Positions 27,739 through 39,784 of a DNA stretch of 64,000 nt are shown here, in pieces. The number at the start of each line of letters is the position of its first letter. The first letter of the stretch is position 1. The stretch comes from Intoshia linei (taxonomy: Eukaryota > Animalia > Orthonectida). Where the stretch lies: contig LWCA01000016.1 of assembly GCA_001642005.1 (NCBI GenBank), positions 22,896-86,895 on the forward strand, written 5' to 3'. Under the pieces are notes generated by a model that was not told the DNA's origin, ran no database searches, and was given only the letters and a program-made list of their open reading frames with translations. The position numbers were made by a program, and so were the translations under genes.

Positions 27739-30513
27739 GGGTGTCACATCGATTTTAAATTTTGAGAATTTGAAAAACTAAGTAGCTAGGTGGGGTGTAT
27801 TTTTGAATGCAGATCACGATGTTAAAAACAGTTTTTCAAAAAAGTCAGTAACGATGTTGCGTTGCTCAATTAACTAATTAACAAAAAATAGCTAAATTCA
27901 ACTTTATTTTCATGTTTTTTTTAATTTTTTCATACAAAAACTTAAATTCCTGCTTCGTTTGCGGAGAAAAATTAAAAAAAATTGTATATTTAAATATATC
28001 GTGTTCATCTAAATCATTTACAATTGACTTTATTTTATAATATCAAAAAAAAACTTTGAAAATTATAGTTATTATTATTTTGTTTTGGTGTTTAAACAAT
28101 ATTTTATGGGGTAAATAAATGTAGACACTTTTTGTAACGTTTCGAAAATTTTACTCTAATGATAGAAGAGACATTAAGATAGTAATAATACAACAAAAAT
28201 TTTATATATCCTCAATAGACCAATAAAATAAATAATTTTATAAGTTTTTATTTCAAATCAATATGTGATTATTTAATTAAGTGGTTCTCAATTAGGGTAA
28301 TTTTACTATCTGAAGGAGAGAAATTGAAAATTCAAGAATTATCCATTAGAAAATAAAATTTGGAATATTTAACAATCTTAGAAAGTAAATTTTTATGAAT
28401 TGAATGTAACTGAAGTGGGTTTAGTTTTATATTCTTTATTGAAAAATTCCTGATCTATTACAGTAGTGGTATTCTACCTTTATCTGTTCGCGACCCCTTA
28501 TAAACATCAAGAAGAATCAAATTCTTGACCCATATCATCTATTTAAATATACCTTCATTATCATTGAATTCTAATCTCAGTTTATTTTATAAAATGTCAA
28601 ATAGAAAAGGTAATATTTTCTGCGGCCTATTTATAAATTTCAAATTTAATACTGCAAAATTACCGACGTATATGAATGTTCTAAAAAGAATGCTTAATTT
28701 AAAAGAAAATAAAATGATATATACGTTTAATATTTTAGCAAAAGAAATATTTGAAATATATAAAAAAACAGGATTAAATATCATTTTTGAATAGGTAATT
28801 AACAAAAGACTCGATATATTTTACGTCGAATATAGAAAAGTAGAATTTTGTTTTAATTTAATTAAATAAAATTTAGATATCCAGGAATCCTCACACTTCG
28901 AGCTAAGATATTTTTATATTATCTTGAAAATGACTTGTTTGATTGTTCTAAACTTGATCAATCTAAAAGCTTGAAGGAAGATATATAATTCTTAGAAGCT
29001 CAAAAAAATTTGTCGGTAGTATGGCAGGCCCTTCTACTATTTTACATCCATATAACCTTCCCCCAAAAAAAAATCAATATCGAAAAATAAAATAAAGAGA
29101 ATTGATCAAAATGGAAAATATTCAAAGGATAATTACATCTATACATTTAGTGATGAATCAATTAATTCAAATAAAGCAAATATTAGTGTTGAAATGGATA
29201 AATTGAGAGAGTGCGACAGAAAAAACATATCTTTACGTGGATCTTCTTCTTTAATGGGAGTATCTCACAAAACACTGCGTAGAAAGTTAAGCCACCAAAG
29301 AAAATCGGATAAAGAAAATATTATAAAGAAGGTACATGAAATGAACAACGTCGTTGTATATTTCGATGGAAAGAAATTTGATGGTGGTGAACGCATGGCT
29401 GTTGTAATTATTGATATAGTTAATAAATTTGAGATTATATTAGGAGTTCAACTGCAATCGGATGCTAAAGATATTACAACAACAATCCTCTTTGTTCGAG
29501 ATGACTATCGGTATAATTTATTATATAATATACAACTAATTATATAAATAGAGAATGCTGCAATTTACTGTTGAGCATTTTTAAAGGAACTAAAATATTA
29601 CTATTGAAGCCTGGTGCAGTATCACATGCAAAGTGGATGGCAAAAATAATATATTAATTAAAATCATACATTTTGGGATTAAATAGATCAGTAAATATGA
29701 AATTGTTCATTATTTTCATATATTATGGATATATAAAATATTGTTTAAATTGTTTCGACCCTAAGTTGGCATCTTAAAATGACATTGAAATGGTGAAAAT
29801 GTGGGAAATTATGGCTAAATCATCTATAAATCTAAAATCCATTGTTAAGCAACAAAAGAAAAATACGATAACCATAAATATTAAAAAAATAAAGATTTAA
29901 CAAGTATAGGTATAGCACCAATTGTAAACGATGCAGCCAAAAGAGCATTACAAAAATATAAAAAAGCATTAAAATTGTCCACAAAAGAAGAAGAAATTTA
30001 AAATATAGTGACTATTTTAAATAAATTTTAATATTTTATTGGTCTATTGAGGATATATAAAATTTTTGTTGTATTATTACTATCTTAATGTCTCTTCTAT
30101 CATTAGAGTAAAATTTTCGAAACGTTACAAAAAGTGTCTACATTTATTTACCCTATAAAATATTGTTTAAACACCAAAACAAAATAATAATCATAACTAT
30201 AATTTTCAAAGTTTTTTTTTGGTATTATAGAATAGAGTCAATTGTACATGATTTAGCTGAACCCGATATATTTAAATATACAAATTTTTTTAATTTTTCT
30301 CCGCAAACGAAGCAGGAATTTAAGTGTTTGTATGAAAAAATTAAGAAAAACATGAAAATAAAGTTTAATTTAGCTATTTTTTGTTAATTAGTTAATTGAG
30401 CAACGCAACGTCGTTACTGGACCAATCTGTGAGTTAGTCATCGGATTGTTATTTTTTTTCAAAAATACACCCCACCTAGCTACTCAGTTTGTTAAATTCT
30501 AAAATTTTATAAA
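27739..30513 (+). mobile_element. Decayed DNA transposon with ~480-bp TIRs and a pseudogenised transposase (Sola2-like, tentative)
   Basis: About 27750-28230 is inverted at about 30035-30513. Internal broken frames LPTYMNVLK, VYFDGKK..ERMAVVI..ILGVQ, PGAVSHAKWMAK, VNDAAKRAL. Left end begins GGG. Confidence 0.75.
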
Positions 30514-32083
30514 TTAGGTTTAAATACTGATAAAGTTGCAAGCTGTTTAATGACTACTAAATATACGTCAATTAAGAATACTATTACATACACATTAATA
30601 TAAATTGATTTCTTCTAATTAAATTTAAAAGTCTATATTTGTTTCAATTTGCTAAAATATTAATCAATAGCACAACTTTTCATAGATTTATTTTATTATT
30701 AAATTTGTTTGATAATGTCAAATATTTATAAATTATTTTTGTTTGTCTTCTTTGCCATATTTTTGGTTGATCAAACTTTTGGTATGTTTTTACACTTATT
30801 ATTTTTATATTAACAACATTTTCCGACATGTTAGAAGTCAATGACATTAGTACAATTTTAGTTTATAGAATAAAATGCGTATATAATGTATAAATAGTTT
30901 AATGAAAAATTGATATATTGAAATAAACAGACTAACAGCAAACGCTTATCTTTAAACATAAATAATTAACTAATATATACTACATGTTAACCTATTCCTC
31001 AAACGTAATTTTTAGTTAATACCAAAGTAGAAGAGTATCAAATAAGCGTGAAACTTTTTATTACTCAAAATCAATTTTAATTTAAATGATAAGAAAATCA
31101 GATTAAAACTAAATTAACTTACAATTGAAACAAATTAACCTTTTTGAAAATGTTGCGAATGCAATAATGTGTGAATACCAATGAGTATAGACATTGTTTT
31201 AAATATTATGGAATAATATGTGTATTTGCATAATAAACGTATAACTGACGGGTATATAGAGTAGTAATCATAATAAATTATAATAATAGTTATTAATTAT
31301 GATTAAAATTTGTGTGATTTTTATACAGGGCGAATGAACTTATTTAGTGTTTCATTGATATTTTAATTACTTTTCAAGAGTTAACATCAATGCAATGTAC
31401 AATGACACTGATCAATGATCATTGATCATGCTGTACAAATTTTTTCAGATTGATTATTATGATGAAAAATTAAAAATTTTGATTTTAAACTCGCTTGACT
31501 GTTATGTATTTACTAAATAATTTAGTGTAATAACAGTGAAAATAAATACTTTACAACTGTAATTGATACAAGAATAGAAGAAAATGTGTGATTTGGCTAG
31601 AAAGTGGCCACCCTGTTCTAAATTATTTTTAGTATTCATAACTAATTTATTTGATAAAAACTATTATAGTTTACATTTACCTTAATTTAAGTGGAAATCG
31701 ATTCGTCTATAATTTAAAGTTAATGATTTTCTGAATATCAATTAGATTTGGATTAAATTTCGTCAAATTATAAGCGTTGTTCTATATAATTAGATGTATA
31801 TTATTAGAATATTATCAACTATTAAATACGTCTCAAAAATTAAATGACAATAATTAAGAAATGCGTGCAAAGCATACACGTGGCATGCGTATAATTAAAT
31901 ATAAATTGGTCTGAAAAAATTATTTTTGATTTAAATTTATTTTGATTTGATATTTCAGCACGCATTTTATAGAAATTATATCAAAACTCTGAACACTCTC
32001 GTTTTGTTTGGGATGACTTTGATTTTACGCAGTGAAATCACATGAATCAGACAAGAAATCATGTAAACTAAAATGGTATACAC

Positions 32084-32366
32084 TAGTGATGGCAAAAGCC
32101 GTTTTCGTTTCAAAATTCACATCTGACGTTTTTTTATACAATACAAAAAATATACCTTAAAAAATCATAAAATAAATAAATTCCATGTGTAAACAAGGTT
32201 CACTTTCGTAGCATTTAAATCTACAACATATGTTTAACGAATATTGTTAATTCTCTTGAAAAAATTGCTAAAATTACTCATTTTCTCTCTTAAATGTAAA
32301 TTTTATATAATTTATGTCAGCCCAAATTGTAAGGCTGCTTAACATTTTATTTTGTTTCCATCACTG
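32084..32366. mobile_element. hAT-type MITE with a perfect 8-bp TSD
   Basis: GTATACAC flanks both sides; termini TAGTGATGGCAA / TTCCATCACTG. Confidence 0.8.
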
Positions 32367-32577
32367 GTATACACTATGGTTGGCACTATATAAAATTTTA
32401 TTGATTAATTGCAATCATTAATATACCCCTCATTAAAAATAACTCAAATAAGAAAATGTAGTTTTAAATAGTAATGACTTTGACAAGGAAAACCCTCATG
32501 TGTATATCATTAATTTTGTAAATGTGTATTAGACTTGTTTGACAATCAGTGCATAGAGTTTACAATTTATATAAATA

Positions 32578-34286
32578 CTAGCTTGACTGTTATGTACTAC
32601 GTACAAACAGCACATAGCTCTGCCGAGGGTACATTTTTATTATACTAAAAATATAAATTCACGTTGAAAATCTAACTTAAAAACCCTACTATTAACTATT
32701 ATCAATCCTTTCAAGAAGTGGTTCCCTAATTTTTTTCAGGTGGAAATATCATATCACATTACTTTTTACTTTAAATTGAATTATTTCATCTTAATTTTTT
32801 GTTTAACATTTGCGTAAAGAATTTTAAAAACAATTGTTATCTTATTTTTTTTTTTATTAGACAGAATGTGTGTATAATATTAAAAATAAAGTAAAAACAA
32901 TCCAATACTAAAAATTGTCATAAAGGTGTGAGTTTTGGAAATTGAAATTTATATTATTATATGTAAAAATTGTCATAAATACCATAAATTCCAAAAATAA
33001 TAAAATTATAAAAACCTATTTTGTCACTTTCAATGTGACGATATATATTCAGTACCAATTTAATAAATACTTAAAAATATCAATTGTGTATCAATAATTA
33101 ACTGAATCTTCACTTTATAAACATTTCAGTCGAATTTTACCATTAGTGCAAAGGATTGTAATATAAAAATAATATTAACAAAGTTTTTGTAGTTTCTTAT
33201 TTAAATTTGAATGTTTTAATAGAAATGTTTTGAGAATAAAAATTTGAAATTTAAAAATTGCGTAGCAATGAAAAAAATTCCGAAGGAATGAATTATGTAG
33301 ATTTTCACACATCTGTCTTTATTGGAAATGTGTATGTAATGTTCAGATGTTATATGTGTAATTTTATTAAATACAAATAAGATATTATTTGATGTTTCAC
33401 GTGTATTGTTTGTCTTGAACTTCACTTGAGTGTATCTAGGTTAAGTGTAGTTACGTAATGAAGTTATGTACTATGTAGATGTACAATGCGCATTTTTTTT
33501 GAAATTGTAGGATCAATATTTACTTTTTCAATTTTTGATTTTAATCGAAATATTTGAAAAATATTGATTGATAATATATTAAAAATTATTTTTCACCTGG
33601 AATACTTAGATTTCTGGGGTTGAAATTTTCTATTTATATTAACTGGAATAAGCTCTATCAGAATAATCTTTTTTTAATTTTCGGACCGTTAATTATTTCA
33701 AATGNTTTTTTAAAATTATAGGGCTGTTTTCAAAAAAAAGGCATTTTGGGTTTTGGCCCTGAAGATATAATTTTTTTATATTTAAATTTAAAGATAATTT
33801 TTATGATTTTAAAATCCGCATCAGCGTATATATTTTTTTAATCTCTCCAACTCGTTTGATTTTCAAAAAGAGGGACAACAGGGGTTTTTGACCCGTANAA
33901 AGAAGGGTAATTTGAGGTTTTTGCCCTGAAGATTTAATTTTTTTAAATTTAAATTTATAATAATGTTTATGATTTTCAAAAAGAGGGACAACTGGGTTTT
34001 TGACCCGTAAGATGTGAAATTGGGAGGTTGAAATTTATCTTAATATATGCCCCGAAAAAAACTGTAATTGAAACGTGGTCTTTAAAAAATTCTAAGAGTG
34101 GTAGTTATTTCAATAAAGTTTTTGACCCGTAAGATGTGAAATTGGGAGGTTGAAATTTATCTTATTATACTCCGGAAAAAACTAATTGAAATGTGGTCTT
34201 TAAAAAGTTCTAAGACTGGTAGTTATTCAAATAAACCGTAACAGACACACAAACAAAAATCGCGTAGCATATTATATAAGTTAGGA
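32578..34286 (-). mobile_element. Long non-autonomous Helitron (spans two assembly gaps)
   Basis: 3' hairpin CTGTTTGTACGTAGTACATAACAG followed by TCAAGCTAG|T at 32578; 5' A|TCCTAAC at 34286. Confidence 0.75.
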
Positions 34287-34344
34287 TATTTAGAGTGTCT
34301 AATTAAATCCAACCATTCTTATTAAACATCACAATTTCTAACAC

Positions 34345-34835
34345 TTTAGTGAAAATTCCAGTTTACCAACCCTAAAACGAAAAATCCAGTTTTACCAACC
34401 CCAAAAAGAAAAATGCTGTTTTACCAACCCTTAAGGGAAAAATCCAACTTTACTCAATTGCGGAGTCTCCCATAACAAACTCAGTATCACAAACAAAACA
34501 AATTCAAGTTCTTAAATAGAAAGATTATCGATAAACAGATGTTATAACCGCTTTAATACTTACTTAAACTGATGATGAAACAAATAAAACGTTTTAAAAT
34601 AAAATTAAATTTTATATAATATAGTTATGGATTTTTCCCTTAAGCCTTAAGAATTGTAAAACTGAATTTTTTTTTTAGGGTTGGTATAACTATATTTTTC
34701 CCTAATGAGTTTGTAAAAGTGGTTTATCTCTGAATGATTGGTAAAACTGGAATTTTCCTTCAAGGGTTGTTAAAACTGAATTTTTACTTCTAAGGTTGGT
34801 AAAACTGGATTTTTCCTTAAAGCTTAGTAAAAGTG
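34345..34835. repeat. Fold-back element with minisatellite arms (~30-31-bp units)
   Basis: TTTTACCAACCC units on the left arm and GGGTTGGTAAAA units on the right arm, around a ~180-bp spacer. Confidence 0.7.
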
Positions 34836-34861
34836 ATTGTTAGTAGAAGTGATTGAGTTTN

Positions 34862-35252
34862 TTTTTATATGTGTTAACAGGATACAACTGTACCACCTGT
34901 AAATTTTTTAAAATTATAGGGCTGTTTTCAAAAAAAAGGCATTTTGGGTTTTGGCCCTGAAGATATAATTTTTTTATATTTAAATTTAAAGATAATTTTT
35001 ATGATTTTAAAATCCGCATCAGCGTATATATTTTTTTAATCTCTCCAACTCGTTTGATTTTCAAAAAGAGGGACAACAGGGGTTTTTGACCCGTAAGATG
35101 TGAAATTGGGAGGTTGAAATTTATCTTATTATACGTCCCGGAAAAAACTAATTAAAATGTAGTCTTTAAAAAATTCTAAAAGTGCTAGTTATTTCAATAA
35201 AGTAGGACACACACACAAACAAAAATCGCGTAACTTTTTATATAAGTTAGGA
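34862..35252 (-). mobile_element. Helitron 5' portion starting at a gap
   Basis: A|TCCTAAC end at 35252; part is identical to 33706-33897. Confidence 0.75.
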
Positions 35253-36294
35253 TCATAGTACTAATCATTCTGAAAAACCAAATGTGATAAAATACCATTT
35301 TTTGTAAATAAAAACACTAATGCACCAAACGTATAACAGAGAATATGTGGTAGATAATTTGAAATATTCATATTGATTCTTTAAATTTGTAATTTTGATA
35401 AAATGTTACCATGTATAAAAAATAAAATAAACAACTAGACATTTAAAGGGTATTTTGAAAACGTCTATAAAATTATTGCATAAATAACCGAAATTTGAAC
35501 GTCGATAAAACCACAAAAATCGAGCTAGAATCAAATTTTAAAAATTGAAATGTATAGTTAAGCGTGGGTGTTGAGACCATAAAGTATAAACCATGACAGC
35601 TTACCACAATGTTGTTTTTGTAAAAAAAAAAGTTACATTTAAATTTTTATTTACTATTTTTAAGTTATTTATTAGTTATTATTATTAATAGATTATTATA
35701 GGATTCCTATATCAAAAATATACTTTTATGCAAGGACAGCTTAAACCTAAATAATATGTTAGGTTTAAGCTGTCATTGTTTATCAATCAAATAATTGTTT
35801 AATTGTTTTTATAATATTTTACTTTATTGGCAATTACTGTTTCAGTGACCATTTGTCACTATTACGAATGGGGCATTGATACATTTTTGGTTAGTATGGT
35901 AGAAATTTTGGGATTCGCTGAGATAATTTTCCGTGAGAGTCTAACCGTACTACTTAGAAAATTATTCACTGACAGTTTATCTAGTCATTTTATATATTCA
36001 CTTTATTTATTGATTTATTATTTATATATTAAATATTATGAATAAACTAAAAGTGGATCATGTAATTAAAATTTAAAATTTGTCGACAATTTAAACATTA
36101 ACAACTCATTACGTCGATCAATTTTAAAATGTAATATGTGTAAACGTTAAATAGTTTACCGTATTAATGATATTAATATGAAATATCAAATATTGGTTCC
36201 TTGAGTCTGTCAATATAAAATGTAAACATGGAGACAGTTAATATTTCATTTAGAAATTCTAACAGAATGGTGAATATATTCATTTTATTGTGAA

Positions 36295-36612
36295 ATGAGT
36301 CCATTAAAATTACCCAAATCAAAGATTTCAAGTAGTTTCAGGGAGAAACAGTTTAGCTTGTTACACTGGAATAAACACATGGAAAAATACCAAGGTATAG
36401 AAGATAATTCCAAAATTATCAACCATGTTGAAATGGCTAAACATAATAATTTTCAGGATGCATGGATTTCTATTCAAGGTTTTTTATTTATATTAAAATT
36501 TAATTATATTAGGAATCATTTATGATGTGACTGAATTTTTAAATTATCATCCAAGTGGAGAAGATGAACTTATGAGAGTTGCGGGATTAGATGGAACTTT
36601 CTTTTTTAATCA
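36295..36612 (+). CDS. CYB5R4: Cytochrome b5 heme-binding domain, CYB5R4-like N-terminus (3'-partial)
   Basis: SLLHW..EMAKHNNFQDAWISIQG|IIYDVTEFLNYHPSGEDELMRVAGLDGTFLF, joined across a ~34-nt intron. Remainder not found before the gap at 37119. Confidence 0.7.
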
Positions 36613-37119
36613 TGTATTATTTTATTTTATAGATGGCGTGTTTACACAAGTACATATTATTTTTTTATTTATAATAATTTGAGAGTTAGGTTTATCGGAA
36701 ATTGATTTTGAGAAATTGAGTTTTTCAAAGTCAAAAAACCAAATTACCATTATTAAAAAATAAAATCAATTTTACAAGTTTATATAACATACAATACGCG
36801 ACATAAGTCTTAGGCACCCTACACATTTTCATTAAAAACTACTATAAAGTTAATAAGGCGAATCTTGAACTTGAAATTAAATATCAGACTAATTAAAGAA
36901 TGATCTCACCAATATATAACCATGCTGATGTTATAAACTACTTATAAAAAGATACATTTTAATATAGTTTTATTTGAAATATTAAAAATATTTACGACAT
37001 AAGTCTTAGACACCTTGATAATTTCAATTAAAATTAATTAAATATCCATAAAAACGAAAAAAGTAATGAATTATTAATGATCTATAAATTAAAAATAACT
37101 ATTTGTTTAGTAAATGACN

Positions 37120-37455
37120 TTATCGATAAACAGATGTTATAACCGCTTTAATACTTACTTAAACTGATGATGAAACAAATAAAACGTTTTAAAATAAAAT
37201 TAAATTTTATATAATATAGTTATGGATTTTTCCCTTAAGCCTTAAGAATTGTAAAACTGAATTTTTTTTTTAGGGTTGGTATAACTATATTTTTCCCTAA
37301 TGAGTTTGTAAAAGTGGTTTATCTCTGAATGATTGGTAAAACTGGAATTTTCCTTCAAGGGTTGTTAAAACTGAATTTTTACTTCTAAGGTTGGTAAAAC
37401 TGGATTTTTCCTTAAAGCTTAGTAAAAGTGATTGTTAGTAGAAGTGATTGAGTTT
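37120..37455. other. Exact duplicate of 34525-34860 at contig ends (probable assembly overlap)
   Basis: One copy ends at N34861 and the other starts after N37119. Confidence 0.85.
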
Positions 37456-38264
37456 AAGAATATTCTTAATATTTAAATTTATTTTTTTGTAGGCAAATAT
37501 CCACATCAAGATTATAATGCATACGAAAATGGCGAAGGTATAAGTACCTCAATGTAACTAATGTCCATTTAGGAACTATTCATTTACAAAAATATGGTAA
37601 TTAGTAATTACATTCAAAAACATTTACCATTTAAATTCAAATATACAGTAAAATATCTGGTTAAACATGGCTTAAGTCTCAGTTATTGTGACAAAAATAA
37701 TGAAGCTAAATATAAATTTAAAAATCAAAACTAAACATACCAAATATGCTTTGAAAATGACTGATTAAGCCTTTTGTAGTTGCACCACAAAGAATTCTGA
37801 TGTAAAATTGGAATTATTTTAGAAAACTATCGTTTCAGTCGGTATAGTGGTTACCAGCGGAATAAATATAATATGATACATTGCAATAATTTAAGTATTG
37901 AATTGAATAATTTACCAAAACCTCTAATTTTGAGATCCACAGTTTTTAGTAAACTTTGCAAAAAATGGTGTCCCAAATCGAGGTCTGACTGAATTACATA
38001 TAGAATGATATTTGTTTCTGGTAATGCACATTAAATCATTTGGGTAAAAAATTAAAAAAATAACGCCATTTTTTTTAAACTTATGCCCGTGGCCTCAAAA
38101 AGGTTACCACCCTGCATGAAATTTAATAAAAAATAATTCTAGATGAGTTGGCGAAAGAGCAGGCATTAAGGCAATTTTTCAAATCAAGAGCTTTTCTAGG
38201 ATAATGTGTGCAATTAAATAATTAATAATTATAATCAATTTATTGTTGTATTATATAAATACAT

Positions 38265-39546
38265 TTATTCATAATTTGCAATAATTATCATTATAAATAC
38301 TCCAAATCCAATAGCCATTAAATGTAAACAAGAAGTAAAAATATTCGTACAACTTTTAATAATTTGCGGAAGTAGATTTACACACGATATGTAAATAAAA
38401 CCTCCAGCAGTGATTGGCAAAGCATATTGGCTGGAATCTTTTACAAATTCTTCAACGTGTATTGCTAAAAATGTTCCAAATGGTCCACCGAGTGCTGTCA
38501 AAAATTGAAGTAATATAGCCTAAATTTTTAATATAAATTATGACATTTTTTCGTTACATTTTAAATACAATCTAATACAAATTCGCCATTAATTTTTTAA
38601 TTACCCGTAACAACCATTAGCGGCGGGGTAAATGTAAAAATTATTTTTTCATAATTTACAAAATATAAATATGAAAAAATGAATGAATGAATGAAATAAA
38701 TTAACAAATTGACTTTGATGGAACCTATTGTTTATCCATATTTCACAACCTCAATAAATGGGACTGATAAACGCAAACATTTCCGTAAAATAATGTATTT
38801 CAAGTAACCTTATGCTTAGAAATTCCCGATTGAACTAAAACAGAAAAATCGCCAACTTGATGTGGAAACTCGTGTAAAAGAATCATAAAACTTGACCCAA
38901 ATCCAACCTCCTTTGAAACATTAAATGAAGATCCAATAGCCAAACCATCGGTAAAATTGTGCAAAAAGTCTGCAATCAAATTAAGAATTGCTGCAGAAGA
39001 GATAGTACAACCGGCTGTAGCTAAAATAATTTTTTTTAAAAATTAATACTTTCAACGTCAATTACACAATTCCTTCTTTTTCAATTGTTTGAATCGTTTT
39101 CTATCTGAAGTGTCTTTTATTATTCTGACTATAATTTCTAAAACCATAAAAATTCCCATTCCAATTAGGACATATAGTCCTGTTTTCATTTCAAAATTAT
39201 GGTTGTGAGTATGTTGTTGATGAGCATGGTCATGTACATGGTGAGAATGGTCATGTAAATGGTGAGAATGGTCATGTAAATGGTGAGAATGGTCATGATC
39301 ATGATGAGAATGTAAATTTTGGTTATCTTGACTCACGTGTGAGTGACCAGCAAGTGCATGTGGAATGATATGAAGGAATGCATCACCCAACATACCTCCA
39401 GCTGCAAATGTTATCATAAGTTTAAAAAATATATCGTTTCGTTTAGAAGTATCAAACCGAATCAAATATAGAAAGGTTGCAGGTATCATCGATACGGCTA
39501 GAGATACCATAATTATCATGAAATGGTCTTCGTCTTTTGCCAACAT
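38265..39546 (-). CDS. SLC39A7: LIV-1 subfamily zinc transporter, ZIP7/SLC39A7 (Catsup)-like; 3 exons
   Basis: [18 protein letters not shown], His-rich loop, [55 protein letters not shown]. Confidence 0.9.
39222..39306 (-). repeat. 21-bp coding tandem repeat (HDHSHHL/V)
   Basis: tggtgagaatggtcatgtaaa-like unit repeated three times within the ZIP7 His loop. Confidence 0.85.
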
Positions 39547-39784
39547 TTTTAAAAATTTTGATAAATTTTTAATAGTAGGTATGGTAATTAACACGTATTT
39601 GTTTAACTGTTTGTTAGCAATGTTTGTTACATATTTGTTAAAAATTATTTTTAAATTTTACAAAAGAAATGAAAATTTTAAAACTGTCTGATTATAATCA
39701 TCTGATAATTATCAGACTCTTATATACGATTTGTTTGTCTCAATTCTTGATACGGTATTATTGAGATAATAATTATAATCTCTA

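Noticed and set aside
31409-31428. 20-bp palindrome TGATCAATGATCATTGATCA
   Set aside because: Built from repeated TGATCA, has no loop and no supporting context.
34360-34835. CRISPR-like periodic repeats
   Set aside because: Degenerate tandem units without unique spacers, no cas genes, eukaryotic context.
37120-37455. Recent segmental duplication
   Set aside because: Both copies abut N gaps and look identical, so a contig overlap is more parsimonious.
37835-37865. tRNA A-box-like GGTATAGTGGTTA
   Set aside because: No B-box or cloverleaf follows.
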